A stretch of DNA of 64,000 nucleotides from Asterionella formosa (lineage: Eukaryota): positions 1-64,000 of the forward strand of contig NKIB01012718.1 in assembly GCA_002256025.1 (NCBI GenBank), in the 5' to 3' direction. Below, piece by piece: positions 35,774-49,599 of the stretch (within the stretch, counting starts at the first letter, position 1; every line of letters starts with the position of its first letter). Below the pieces are notes generated by a model, which was not told the origin of the DNA, searched no databases, and saw nothing but the letters and a program-made list of their open reading frames with translations. A program made the position numbers and the translations under genes.

Positions 35774-37775
35774 CTAGCCCCCCAAAGGAGTGTCAAGAGA
35801 AGAGTATATCCACCGGCGGCGACTTGCATGGTACTTGTCTTGATCACCTGAACAGTTGTCCCAAGCTTCTTGCAACCGCTTCTTTGCAGTGCCGGCCACT
35901 AGTGACCCAGACTGAACTTCTGGGAAATGCTCAGAAAGAGTTCGAACAACATTTGGTTGAACTCGTCTCATTATATCGTTGCTGGTAACACTATGAATAG
36001 ACTCATAGCCCATGATTCCAGCGATTTCAGCTGCTGCTTGCACAGTTTTGCGGTGAAAATGATAAACACGGTTCGTTTTGATTTCAGGGTCTAAGCCATA
36101 CATAAGAGCTTTATCTTGTGTGGCGATCCCAGTTGGACATTTATTAGTGTTGCACTTGAGAGATTGAATACACCCCAAACTCAACATAAAAGCTCGTGCT
36201 GCACAGGTAATGTCTGCACCCAAAGCTATTGTTCGAACAATTGAAAATGCCGAGCTGATTTTTCCAGAGGCATTGATCTTCACTTTATCCCTGAGGCCTG
36301 CTCCAACTAAGAGATTGCGCACCAAAACAAGACCTTCTTCTAGAGGCAATCCAACACTGTTGGTAAGTTCTGGCGGGGCAGCGCCGGTTCCACTATTAAA
36401 GGATAAAATTAGACACATGCGAAAATAATGAAAACAGGACGTTTCAAACAGGTCTTACCCTTCTGCACCATCCACCGTGATAAAATCTGGTCCATTTCCA
36501 AATTCAAGCATGGCCTTGCAAAGGGCAGCCACTTCACCAGGTTGACCAACACACATCTTTATTCCGACCGGAATCCCACCAGCCGCTTCTCGTACATTGG
36601 CAATAAATTCCATCATTTCGTGAGGTGTATCAAATGCTGAATGTCGAGCAGGACTATGACAATCATGCGTAGGAGGATATGGAATCCTTCTAGCTTCAGC
36701 GATTTCCGGGGTGATCTTGTTTCTTGGTAACAATCCACCGTGTCCAGGTTTTGCTCCTTGAGATAATTTTATTTCAATCATCTTAATACGGCCATCTGCA
36801 GCCGCCACTGTATCAATCAATTGGACAGGATCAAATTTACGAGCATTTCCGTCTCCTGGTGTCCCACATCCAAAATAACCAGTCCCCACATTCCAAACGA
36901 TATCCCCACCTCCTTTCAAATGACATTTCGACACTCCACCTTCTCCAGTATTGTGATAGAACCCTCCCAATTTCGCTCCTTGATTCAACGCCAAAATGGC
37001 ATTGTCGGAAATGGCCCCATAGGACATGGCGGAGACATTGAGCACGCTGGCCGAATATGGCTTGGTTGTCCCATATTCCAAGGTCCCAATAGTATGCCGC
37101 TTCTTTGAATCTTCTTCTATCTCCTTAGGCCACATGGAATGGCAGGCCCATTCATGGTTCGTTTCATAGACGTTCCGGCGGGTCCCAAAGGGGATTGTGT
37201 CATCAATATTCTTAGCACGTTGGTAGACTTGGGCACGGTGGAGACGGTCATATGGGGCTCCTGAGGAATCAGACTCTATGAAATATTGGTAAATTTCGGG
37301 GCGAACCTGCAAAACGAAATAATTCAAGACATGTTAGGCTGTGTTTCCTAAGCAAACATCATTTGAACTGTTTTCATCCAGTACCAAGTACGGAATAGCT
37401 CACAGTTTCCAATATGTATCGAATGTTCCCTAGAACTGGATAATTTCTTCGCACCGCATGAGAGGTTTGATTAATATCGTTCAAGCCAACCACCCAGTAG
37501 CCTGCACTCAATGCTCCCAAGAGGACAGCTGGTACGATCAGGGCAGGTGTCACGGCAACCGCCCCTGCTCCCAGCGCCAACGTGGTGGCGCCCATTCCAT
37601 ATCCAACCTTCTTAAACTTATCCCTGTTCCACCCTTCGATGAAATCAGGAAAGGAATGGCCAACAAAGGCGTTGACGCCCTCTTTTTTCCAGTGATCTCT
37701 GCCGTCATGGACTGTTCGGACTGTGGGTCGTGAAAAGCATTTCAAGCGGAGAGCGGTAGATCGCGAACAGATCAT
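35774..37775 (-). CDS. Stand-alone FMN-binding glutamate synthase family protein (bacterial YerD-like), possibly mitochondrial; exons 37775-37404, 37306-36459, 36392-35774 (612 aa)
   Basis: NVSAMSYGAIS, HNTGEGG, IEIKLSQGAKPGHGGLLP, DGAEGGTGAAP (restored by splicing) and LGCIQSLKCNTNKCPTGIATQD. Two GT-AG introns keep the frame; Arg-rich N-terminus. Confidence 0.88.
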
Positions 37776-38379
37776 GGTGTTGCCGTTGCTGTTGCTGTTG
37801 CTGCCGCAGATTCGACAGTCGAAAAATGTATGATGGAATCGATGAATCAAGCAATCCTTGGTATCGTCGTAAGATTGAATAGGTAGCTTGGAAGATTAAT
37901 AAACCTTGTTAATGACAGCAAAACCACGATATGATTTCGACAAAGTCGAATTTTGACATCAGTGTGATAGATTTGGTCACATCTCGATACTACATGCCGG
38001 TACTGGTGAAGTAACATTGTGATGGATTCATGTCTTATTTATTCAGTACTGTAGATAATATGCAAGCACAAACACGACCGAGGGCGTCAGCCCTCGTACC
38101 AGGTACCACGGTACCAGTTGTACAGTAAATCCATAGAGCAGGTACATGTCCTTTTTTGGGCGGACCTTCCAGAACGACGACGAGGATCGTCGGGTAACCA
38201 ATTGAGAATTTCTGTGCTCCGGAGCGCTCCGGAGTGGAAAGATAAATCCGAAATCATCAGTACCACATATACCCCGGTATATACCAGGTACCGTACCCGG
38301 TATATGCTGGTAATTGAGCTGAAGAAACAATTAACTAAGATATACCGGTATATGTGCATGTACCGCATTTTTATTCGCA

Positions 38380-39519
38380 ATGTGTGATGGCAAGGAGCAA
38401 GGGATCTCGTCGCGACGCGACGAACCTTTTCAGGCTTTTCAGGAGACCATCAGGATCGACCCTTCACTGAAAAATAGTAGGGAACCGTCTTGTCATGACA
38501 CTGCTGCCAATTCTCATCATACTGCAACCGCTGTTCAAGCGCTTTGGGAAGCCTACCGATCCTTTGTGAGGCGACATCGATTTTTCCTCGATCTAGCCGA
38601 CGACGGCCTGGATCGATTCTTGTTTTGGATTCCCCATGATGTACGCGAAGATTGCAGTCAGTGGCGAGAAGTTGCCTATGGATTGATGTCACTACACCGC
38701 CTGGCAACTGATGTGGCATGTCAAGAGCGCATTGGCTCATCGTACGGGGCGACGGTGTCTGTGACACCGAACCTCCTGCCAGCCTCTGCGATGCGAATGG
38801 CTCTCGCCATCACTCACGCTATCATGCCTATGGTATTGGAGCTGTCGCGATCGAATCCCAAGCAACAATCCCGATTGAGGCTAGTCTTGGAACGAGTTAA
38901 ATGCATGCTGAGATTCATTTTACTCGGTAACTACTGGTTTCAATTGCAGAAGGGAGGCAACTTAGAGAATGCTGGCTTGTTGTGCAATGGAGGAATTTAT
39001 TCTCCTGGAGAAATGGAGGCGCCAACACTTGCCGATGTCGAACGTCAACAAGTGCGACGAGAGTACGTCGGAAGGAGGACAGGCCGAAGAGTGGTCAACG
39101 AGAAAGTATCACTGGTACCAACAGAATCACTAAGCAGATTCCAAACAATACTTCCAATAATAGTTGGGGAAGTACTCTACATATACCGGCCACTCCACTG
39201 GGCTCACGCAGAGAATCGAGGACCTCCGTCGCCTCGAGATTGGGTGACTACGTTGGCTTTTGACATTTTGTCACTCACATGTCTTTCGAAAACCGTTTCA
39301 AGCGACAACTTGCTGACTTGTAAAGAATTGAATCGAAGAAAGTTGAAACTCTTGTTGTATGTGCTCCGCAGTCCTATATGGGAACAATACACTCAACCAT
39401 ATTCTAGTCGAGTATCAAATGGATTGGCAAGAGTCCCTCTCATGGGAAGATTATTGAGCAATTATTTGATGGACTTTTTGCTGTACTGTAAGCATCCATA
39501 TGTCTCTGAAGAAGGATGA
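38380..39519 (+). CDS. PEX16: Peroxisomal membrane biogenesis protein PEX16-like
   Basis: YVGRRTGRRV, GEVLYIYRPL, ELNRRKLKLLLYVLRSP and RVPLMG motifs typical of Pex16. Confidence 0.75.
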   Translation: MCDGKEQGISSRRDEPFQAFQETIRIDPSLKNSREPSCHDTAANSHHTATAVQALWEAYRSFVRRHRFFLDLADDGLDRFLFWIPHDVREDCSQWREVAYGLMSLHRLATDVACQERIGSSYGATVSVTPNLLPASAMRMALAITHAIMPMVLELSRSNPKQQSRLRLVLERVKCMLRFILLGNYWFQLQKGGNLENAGLLCNGGIYSPGEMEAPTLADVERQQVRREYVGRRTGRRVVNEKVSLVPTESLSRFQTILPIIVGEVLYIYRPLHWAHAENRGPPSPRDWVTTLAFDILSLTCLSKTVSSDNLLTCKELNRRKLKLLLYVLRSPIWEQYTQPYSSRVSNGLARVPLMGRLLSNYLMDFLLYCKHPYVSEEG

Positions 39520-40410
39520 CATATGAAAGAGTATGATTTAATATATTTGGCTCTAGGCTCTACAATGTACTCCTTTACAAGTACTTAGACTCCTTGATAG
39601 TGAATGAATCCAAAGCAGAGTTGAATGCAAATGCATCTGTAGTCTTCATAGTTCTTGAATACACGAGCATTATTCCCAAGTGGATATGACAGCACTGACA
39701 AACACACCCAAAGAAGATACACGTGCATCAAGTGTGGCCAGAATAGGTTTGAAATGCACTGCAGATCAGGATAATCACATGGAGGTAAGTTATTCACATT
39801 GACCAATAATCATGTTTTACCGGTATATGATCTGGAAGTGGGCATGTACCGGTATACATGTACCACCTGTTACTGGTACGGTCCAGGTACCTCTGGTGCC
39901 CACCGCGCCGTATACCCGGTGCGCATAAATGTACTACATACGGTATACGGCACAATACCTGGTACAGAGTACCTGGTACTAGGAGTACCAGTGCCGGTAG
40001 TTAAAACACTTGCATTGGAGTACATAGCTACGAATACAGATGTGGCCATAAAGGTTGGACTGCTGATGACAGTTGATTATTTTTCGGGTATATTCGTAGT
40101 TTAGTATCATACCTACCGGTAGCTATAAAGATCATGCAGTATCAATTTTTTGGCAAAAAATTCTCTCTGTCCGTCACGACGTCAAAAGTTTTTAACTACT
40201 GGCGAGAGGCGCAACCAGTCAATTGTCTGTGATGTCCTTAACTCCCTCTAATATATCGGTACCTGGTATATGATGCATGGTTATTTCTCACGTTGTATCA
40301 TCGACTTCTTTTCTGGAACTGGCTGCTCGATCGGCCCCCATAAACAGTTGGTGCGACGTTCACTTTCCATGCTCTTACTGCCATCTCTTCTCTTCTTGTT
40401 TGCCTTGAAA

Positions 40411-41758
40411 ATGCCCTCCGACGATCCCTTTATTAACGCCTCCGACACGGGGGAGATTCCCTCTTTCAATGGAGATGCAAAGGCCAAGGCCACGGACTTT
40501 GCCAATTACTTTTGCTCCTACGCACAACTCTACCACCAAAAGCAGATGCTGGTGGATCACAATCGCATGGCTGCCTACCATTCTGCTATTATGGGAAACG
40601 CTGATGTTTTCAAAGACAAGGTGCGTTTGATATCGTGTTGGCGTGCCTCGCCATTAAAGTGAATTCACTAGCTCATGAATGTTTTTCGTATTCAACTTAC
40701 TTCAGGTCGTCATGGATGTCGGAACAGGATCTGGCATTTTGGCTGTGTGGGCCGCTCAAGCTGGTGCCAGAAAGGTATACGCTATTGAGTATACCAACAT
40801 GGCCAAGCACGCTGAATCGGTCATGAAAGCGAACGGTGTCGAAAACATTGTCACTGTCATTCAAGGAGCCGTCGAAGAGATCGAGCTTCCTATCGAAGAA
40901 GACGGTTTACTAGCGAATTTCGGAGACGAGTCCACCCAAGTGGTGGATATTATCATTTCGGAATGGATGGGATACTTTTTGTTGCGGGAATCTATGTTGG
41001 ACTCGCTGATTCGGGCCCGTGACAAGTTCATGAAACCTAGATTGGGTCTCATGTTTCCTTCGCACACTACGATGTACTTTGCTCCCGTGTTTGATGAAAA
41101 TGAACGCAAACATGCATCACAGGAGTATAGCAATTCCATGGCTGACTGGTACGAGTTCGCAGAATCCACAAAGTCCACGTATGGTGTCGAAATGAGTGTG
41201 TTGGAGAGCGAATTTGACCGCGAACAAAAGGAATACTACATGTTGTCTAGTCGATGGTCAGAGTTGGCTCAAGAAGCAGTCCTGGCAGAGCCGAAAATGG
41301 TCAAGTATCTTGACATGGCTACTTGTGATATTAACGATTCCCGTGGGATTCTCACAGGAGCCCCTCATTCTGACTTTGATTTCCTTGTGTCTGGGGACGA
41401 AGTAGCCGGGCCCGTCAGTGGATTTGCCGGATGGTTTACTGCTGATTTTAAGAGCCGCACGGATGAAGATGGCTTCGATGCTCCCAAACTATCGTATCCT
41501 GCCTTTTTGAGCACAGGACCCGAAAATGGTTACACTCATTGGGGACAGCAAACGTTCTTCTTGCCATCAAGCATTCCATTGATGCGTGGACAAACAACAA
41601 GACTACAAGGCAGTTTGGAAATGATGCGAACTAAAGAGAATTCGAGGTTGTACAACTGTCGGATAAGTTACACGACTTCACGAATCAAGGGGGGAGATGC
41701 CAAGGGGCCTGTGCTCATGAAGAGTGAGCTAGTCGAGCAAGTCTACCAGATTCCGTAA
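40411..41758 (+). CDS. Protein arginine N-methyltransferase, similar to plant PRMT10; exons 40411-40620 and 40706-41758
   Basis: DFANYFCSYAQLYHQKQML, VMDVGTGSGIL, IISEWMGYFLLRESM and THW loop. GTGCGT...TTCAG intron of 85 nt. Confidence 0.9.
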
Positions 41759-42470
41759 AAACATTCCAAATTACATCTTGTGAGCGGTGAAAATTTTAAT
41801 GGCAGCTTTAAAGCGATACTATTTATTCAAGGATCGTCTTACTCCCATCGCAGACATTTCCTCTAGTTTGACTGATGGAGTCGAATTTTTTCCCATTGCG
41901 CCTTATCTCAGCAATGTTATATCCTTGAAATGACCATGCCAAGATATTTCAATCATGGAATAAACGGTCCATGTTCAATTTGATCTTGAAATAATTGCTT
42001 TATTCTCCAGAATAGATAGATGACTTTGTTAAACTGTCTACGACCTTGAGTTAGTCTGTAATAAACTTCTGATCTCGTTAAGTTATCTGTGGTTACATGA
42101 CTAACATATCACTGAGCTTACCTTTAAGATCGATCAAGCTGAAAACTGTTTTTCACTTTTTCACGATGGCTATTGTAAAAGTCTATTTTTCTTCGTTTGA
42201 TGTTATCATAACGCAACCCATATTGGTAGGCTCACTCGCTTGGAAATATCCAAACGAGTCCTATTTACCCAGTTCCCAGAATTTCACAATATTCCTACTA
42301 TCCTAAAACCAGCGCTGCTGAATAAAGGCTATATTTTACATTGTCGAGCAACCCTTCAAGTTGTTTTCGACAGCAATTCCAAGATACACTGGTTTAATTA
42401 AACTAAAACCCCACGTCAATCAGATCTTGACTCATCTATTTATGAAACTCACTCAGCGTATATGACTCTA

Positions 42471-43570
42471 CTAAGCCTCTGTAATCGTCCAACGAAGATA
42501 GTACTCTGCACACTCAAGTGGCCAGAGCATTAAATTAAATGGGAAGGGCATATTGAAGCCCAACGAGAGTTGAAAGTAAAATCCAAGAGCCGCGAAAACA
42601 TAAGAAAAGACTTCGTCGATAGCGGTATCCTCGTGGTCGGTGGGCATGAGTCCTCCGAGAGTGATTTTACGATACACCAAGGCGTCGTAGGTCGCTCTAG
42701 CCATCATCAAGCCGCCGGTTGCAGCAGACGTAAAGGCACTGATTACACTCTGGATAAACCAGGCAATTGAAATGGCAATAGACTTCACTAACCAACCGAG
42801 AATGACGGGGACCCACTTTTTGTACTTATCTGGAGTAGCCATAGCAACGGTAGGAGCAATGTAACGATCAATTGGCTGTTTGAGAAAGTCGCTGATAGCA
42901 AGGGCCAAGGCGATCGTGCGAGCAAATTGGAGTGTCAAAACAGCGGCTACGGAGAGCCATACACGGTATATGGCTCCAATGGCATTGTCCACCTGTAGTT
43001 AGAGGAACAATTAGCGATGCGGGAAATCCATTGATAATTGACTACTTCTCGCGTCGTACCTTCTGCGGGTCCATCTTTGTAATAACAAGATTAAACTTTC
43101 GAAGCATCAGCTCCTTACTATCAATCTGATTTACATCCGCCTTTCCATCCTTGTCGTCGTCTTCCTTGTCGTCTTTTTTGGAGGCTTCACAACGTATGCA
43201 ACGCAGTCATGTCAGGATATGGAAATATTCACTACAAGTAGTTGAATTCACAGACTTGTCACTCACCCTCGATAACAATCATGGCTTCGTCAGAAATTTC
43301 CGTCAATGCATCAACCACTGCCTTTCGTCCTCCATGTTCGGCAGCTTGCACAGCAGCAAAGGTCACTGGGTAGAGCCCACCAAAAAAGCAAAAGATAAAT
43401 CCAGTAAAGAACATAATTGCATTCTTTGGCAAAGTCTTATAGAAGGCCCACGCTTTGCTCGAAACAGAAATGATAGATGGCAAAGCGAAAGTTAGCGCTT
43501 GTATGAGAGGGCGAGCCACCGCCTGAAGGGTTTCAGCGGCCTTATTACGCTTGCTATCTGCGTCTGACAT
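42471..43570 (-). CDS. Multi-pass membrane protein of unknown function; exons 43570-43267, 43184-43060, 42992-42471 (316 aa)
   Basis: Two GT-AG introns give one continuous frame with several hydrophobic helices and an acidic loop DDKEDDDKDGKADVNQI. Confidence 0.75.
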
Positions 43571-44141
43571 TGTCGAAGATCTTTGGTGGAAATTTTGTAC
43601 TTTCTCGTTGCAAAACGACATCAGAACATATTTTGGTACCTGGTACCACCTGGTAGACGAACTTACAATAAATGGTACAAGGTACGAGGTACCAGAGAGG
43701 AGTACCAGGTACAACAGTATAAATGTAATAGGGTCTACCTATATCTTATGATCATTACAGCACGTACCGGGATGCAAGTACCTGGTTGGCGATTCCGCAC
43801 AACTATTCATACACCTATATAGGGTTAGGGTTTCATAGATTATATCAGAACCCTATCAGGAGAGAACTCGACTAACACCTATTGAATACTTTGGTGTCAA
43901 CCTAGGAGAATGAGTTGCACAAAAGGATTAACTAATAAGCTCATATATTCAGCAAGTACTATTACTTCTAGTTAGATACTTCACTTTGAATTCAAAAAGA
44001 GTCCAATTATGGCTGGGTGCACCCACAAGTAGCTACTTCGGGTAGCCACCCGTACCTTGTAGTATGTTAGAAATTTAGTTTCACCAAATATTTGTTTTGC
44101 ATACATCAAAGAAGAGTCATCATATTAGACCTTTATTTCCC

Positions 44142-47050
44142 TTAATTAGAAATAGTTACTGGTTCATCATTAAATATTGATAATTCATCATCGTCGTCGA
44201 TGCTGATGACAAACTTAACAAACTCAAAGTCCATTGCACAACAATGAGTTCTGAACTTGCCAATCCACTTTTCAACTGCAACAGGTCCATGTCTGTCGCT
44301 TTGTGAGTATATTGCGTTGACTTGAACACTATCAGTTGCATGGTAAGCAATCAAATATTGTCTCGCTCGTTTTGCAAACTTTCTTATTCGCATCAATGTA
44401 ATCACATCGATCAACAAACATTTTCTAACTGCTTCTGTAAATTTGTCTTTTCCTTTCTTTTCCTTCAGGGATAGATTTCGATAGTGGTTCTTGGAGCATG
44501 CCCACATGTACTCAAATCCTTTGCCTGCAAGTTCTGCATGGTATTTTGGAGTTAGAATAACTTCCACTCCAACCTTTCGGAGCACATGGTCATCATGTGT
44601 CTTACGCTTGTAGAATTGTCAACGATTCCGAAATCGTCGTTCTTTCCAGTAAGTTTGTATTTTTCAATGCTCGTTTCATCGATGAATCCTCTCTCCCATA
44701 ACACCTGTAACAAACCCTTCGAATTACCCACCCAACCTTCTTTCTTTCTTTCAATTAGTTCTTTGGTTTCAATGGCATTCTTTGTAGTACATAGTTCGAC
44801 TAATTCTCTTTTGATTTTCCCTTTCGTGTTTACTCCTTTGCTTAGCAGGTCCATTGTCAATGACAGCCGATTTCGGTTACCACTTTTTCCCAATCACAAC
44901 ATCATGGCGACATAATTCAGCTTGAGAAGGGGTGAGCCAAATGGACCCTGATCTGATTCTTGTAGAAAAGTAAGGTGATGAGTATCGCCTGGATGTAGAA
45001 TTGAATTGTAAGTTCCCAGATATCCTTGTACTGTTTCTATTTTTTTTTCTCTCATCAACGTGTTCCTTCCTCCAAATGACTTGTTCATTCAGGTTGCATT
45101 AAGACCATCAGGGTGTTGCTTTGAGTGACCAGATGATTGGTCGAAGAGGAATACAAAATGGTAAGTGGGGTGTAGTATCTTGAGGACATCTACACAATCT
45201 TCGAACTAACACACCATGTGTGAATAATTCCAGTATCCCTCCTTACTCTCTCCATACTCAACGTAAACCAGAAAAGGAGATTTCTTTAGATCTTTTTTAG
45301 AACACGCTTCCAAAGACTTCTGTAGCAGCTTCTTCGTCAGCATACTTAGTAGAATGTAGTCTAGAATGATTGACTTGAGTTAGAAGATTAATGTCTAGTT
45401 CCCTAATCAGTCCATGTTCTCGACATATCAGGGAACTAATCATTAAACCGGAGCCCTCATCTCTAGGTAGAGGTGGTCTCTCACCATTAGGTCCAGTCCA
45501 CATCTTAGATGGCAGGAGGAATTGCTTGAAGATGGCCTCATCTTGGCCGGAAAAAAACCACAGGGTCATCATGGGGTATATGCTGGTCTATACCCCAAAG
45601 TTGTGGCCTTCTCATGACCATCTACAAAATAGTGTTTGGTCTGTTTTGGTGCCTGGATCCAACAATATGCATCCAGCGTACAATCGTAGACATGGATATA
45701 CACTTCAATCCATATCTCCTTAGATAGTAAGGTTCCTTTGTTGCTGCAGTCACGGAATTTTTCTCCAAATTGTTGTTGCTTGTTGTGTCTTCGTCAAATG
45801 CCTGTCCCAGACTCTTCATTGTCGCTGGAATCAAGCTATCATGCACATAGCTATGCATCAATTCGATGGACAGCTCCTTCAAGTGAAACACTCAATATCT
45901 TTTAAATGCATCCATAGTATCTGGGTTCTCCCAGAAAAATGGTGGCATTAATTGCTTGGCAGATGGTGCCTTCAAGAAAGTATTGCTGAACCTAGTAAAA
46001 ATTCGACCATGCATGCCATCGCTGTATTGGTCGCCGGCCCAGTTAGTGTAGACTTCAACATAAACATCGTTCATTTCACTCATAGATTGCATGATGCACT
46101 TCTTCCATTTCCATCTCATTCCAGCTTGTTCTTCATTTACAAACTTGTGCAATGCAATCACCAAATACATACATATTTGTCGAATCATAAATATATCATT
46201 GGAGCTGCATGTATTCTCCTTATCCCCTTCCTCAACAACAAGTCTCCAATTGCTTGAATTCTGATTCACTGACTCAAGGAGTTCAATTCTGTCCATGACG
46301 ATGTCCTTCACATTGCAATTATTGTTGTATTTGCCACATGGCGCAAAAAGGAGACGGGCATCGCCAAAAATCCACCAATCGACAAATCCAGGAACATGTG
46401 GTTGATTGCTGTCATTAAGTGAGTCAGAACGACGAAAATCATCTGCTGTATTGTCACTTTTCCTTGCTTCTTCACCTAAGTCGCATTTTCTTTTATTGGC
46501 AGAAGGTGTCATCACCTTTGTGAAAATTTCATCAATGACTACATTGCCATCCTTCCTCCCACCACACAATCGCCTTGCAACACATGTATTCACCCACAAA
46601 GATGCATTCTTTCCAGATCGAAACTCGGGCTTGTCTCCTCCTTCCATTGTCAGGTACACAAACTCATGTCGACCACTTCCTCTCTCATGATGACCATGCC
46701 GATACATGTCAACCAGAAGATTTTCTGCCAGAACCACTTTATTTGCCTCTCTTCCTGTCTTTCCATGAATTTTATAAATCTTTCTTGTCAACATATTCTT
46801 GGTGAACTTCATGTCATCTTCGACATTGAATCTCAGGTGCATGTGGTCACACAGGAGCTCGATTGGAATCCATTTCTGTTGGTAGGAACTTTCTGAACAG
46901 ATAATATTAAAATAGCTCAAAATTAAATGAGAATGAGTGCCCTTGCGGATCCATCGACTCATTCTATTAGTAAAGACGATTGTGAATCTCGAACCGGAGT
47001 TGGATCCGCAAGATCGCAATGTGGTAAAAAGAAAAGCTACGGTCAATGAT
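44142..47050 (-). mobile_element. Degenerate IS630/Tc1-mariner-like DNA transposon (transposase pseudogene)
   Basis: Fragments GQDEAIFKQ, FDQSSGH, KGLLQVLWERGFID and TPKYHAELAG.G.EYMWACSK in successive frames, interrupted by stops. Termini not identified. Confidence 0.7.
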
Positions 47051-47439
47051 GGCCATTGTGGACGCAAAACAACAAGATTTTTTGCGCGCAATCATAAATT
47101 TTGGAAGGGGTAGGGTTATCCATTGTACTACCGGTAATACTAGGTATACATGAGCCTCCTCAATGTCCTCAAAATTTGCACCCAGCCATAGTAGAACAAA
47201 CATTGCAATGTATAAAAGGGTTCCTGCTTTCATGCCATTGATTAAGCAGGATTACAAAGTATTGACCACCAAAAAAGGTTTGTTATGTGCCCGGAATTCT
47301 CACCTGCTTTACATTGAACTTGAGCAATTCATTAAAAGCAAACCATTCAAGAAGAAGAAATTTGTGGGAAAAAATGCTACTTAATACTCTGAGTGTTGTC
47401 AGCACTCATAGATTCAACCTCATTGTGAGTTGCATTCAA

Positions 47440-49520
47440 GAAATTCACAATTTTGATTAATTTTTCCCAATCGCCTTCTTTGGCTCAGTAGTTGAGGTTG
47501 CCAGAAACGTGATTCCTGGCTGAATAGTCTGTCTTCCTCGCTTACAAAGAAACATTCCTTTCATAAGAACAAAAGTATGAAATATCTTTGCCTTAGTAGC
47601 TATCATAATTGAGTTTCCTATATTTTTATCTACAGTGAACAGTTTATCTGTCCATGGAAATTTACTGACACCTTCAAGTTTATCTGGGAAATCTTCTATC
47701 ATGGATTTCACATATTTAGTCATATCCACTCTCAACACTCTTGGAAGAGAGTAATCTGGTGTATTTTCCAAGTAATCATTCCTATTTCCATACATGACCT
47801 TGACTTCACCAATTTCGTCAGAAGCGCATTTCTTCTTGAGCCATTCCAAAATTGATTGTTCACTTTGCTATCCACGTGAGCCAAGTAACTGTGTGCTGTT
47901 TGCCGTTAACAAGAATGCATTTTGCACCACACAAATCATAAGGAGCAAATGACCTTGAATCCAATTGACTCAATATCCTTCCGAAATTTCTTGTAATACA
48001 ACAATGATGACTGTAACATGCCATATACTAGTGCCTTGACCATCCTAACATATAGGATGTTGCTGTTTTCTTCATAGACGTCATAGTTTTCATAAGTCTC
48101 AGGCTGAGATCTATTGACATATTGACAAGTAAACCTCAAATCTTCATGATGATTCGTTCCCCTTATTCTTTCTTGTCAATATTCACTTGCTCAAATGCAT
48201 TAGGTATATCTGCTGTCATGAGATTGAGTCTTTCTTTTGTGTCACTTGTTGCAGTTATCATAACTGATTCCGTCATGGTGGTGGGACTAGCTGCCTCGTC
48301 TCTCTCCATATATTCTCATTGAGAACTGCCATTGGCACAAGCCCTGCCTTTAATATTCTTGCCTATCTTTTCAACCAAGAAAATTATGCTTTCCATTGGG
48401 CTGCGCTTTTCAATCTTTGTTAGGTTGTCAACCATAGTATTTGGTTCAAATCAAATCATTTGCTTGTACATGACATTCCTTCCTTTCTTGCCAAATTTCT
48501 TGAGACCTTTTGTTAAGCTGTATGATTGAAAAAATTGAAATGCTTCTTTGTTGATATTCATCTTGTTGATATAACACATTGTCATTGCAATCACTTTCGC
48601 ATTTTCAGGTGTGAATCCTTCTTGACTGTGAGCTTGAGCATGCAAATGATGTTGGGCCGTATTCAGTTTTGGGTGGCCTTGAGACCCTTCCAGACCTTGT
48701 AATTTTAACATTTGGATTTCTGTCATCCTCAGCGGTTGTTGGATTGACTTCTTCTATCAATGCTACTTTGTCTTCGGTTCATTTATAGGTTCTTTGTCCT
48801 CATCTTGTATTTCATCAGCATTTATTTCAACATTATTATCATTTTGGTCCTCAGTGTCAGGGTAATCCTCTTGGATATTTTCTTGTTTGAACTCTTCTGC
48901 TTCATTTATTTCATCCGGAGCCATTTCATTGTAGTCTTGTTTGAGCAGTTTGTCATTACTATCATCATCACTAACTTGTTATTGATCATTATAATCTTCA
49001 TCTTCTGCATCTTCAAAATTCTCATTGTCATAAGCCACCACTCTTGCAATCCAAGCACTATAAGTAAATAGTTGTCCTGTTCAATTAGATATCTTGAGAC
49101 TGTCTGGCATCTTTTCCTGCTCAGCAAGGGCGTGCACTTGCTTACTTTATGATTGCTGGAGTAAGTGGTAGGGGAGTGACTGTACATCTAATGATCAGCA
49201 AATTCTTTGGGAGGCATAGTAACTTCATGACATCCTTGCAAATTGTTGTGATGCGTAAACAAATGCAATCTAAGCTGCATGGTGCATTCGAGTTTGTAAA
49301 CACAGGTTCTTCATGTGCTTGGACATGAGTGCCAAATGCATGTTGGCAATGTTAAGCATAGTCCAAGTTTCGTTGATGTAGGATCATATGTGGAATGTAC
49401 TATGGAGAAATCCCAGTCTTTGCTGGAAAGAAATTCAGTTTCTTTGCAGATTTGGTGACTAAAATCTTAACCATTGCTCACTTGTGGCAAATGATTGTAG
49501 GGTAATTGGCGATGACTTGC
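47440..49520 (-). mobile_element. Decayed Ty1/copia (CoDi-like) pol fragment
   Basis: ILYVRMVKAL.YGMLQSSLLYYKKFRKDIESIGF, KGMFLCKRGR and YSLTKGLKKFGKKG RT-region motifs with many frameshifts; no LTRs seen. Confidence 0.8.
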
Positions 49521-49599
49521 ACATGTGCATAAAAGCTGTGGCGACACCAAGAATTCCAGTATCCAATCAACCATCCTTGAACAGGGACCTTGATTTCTC

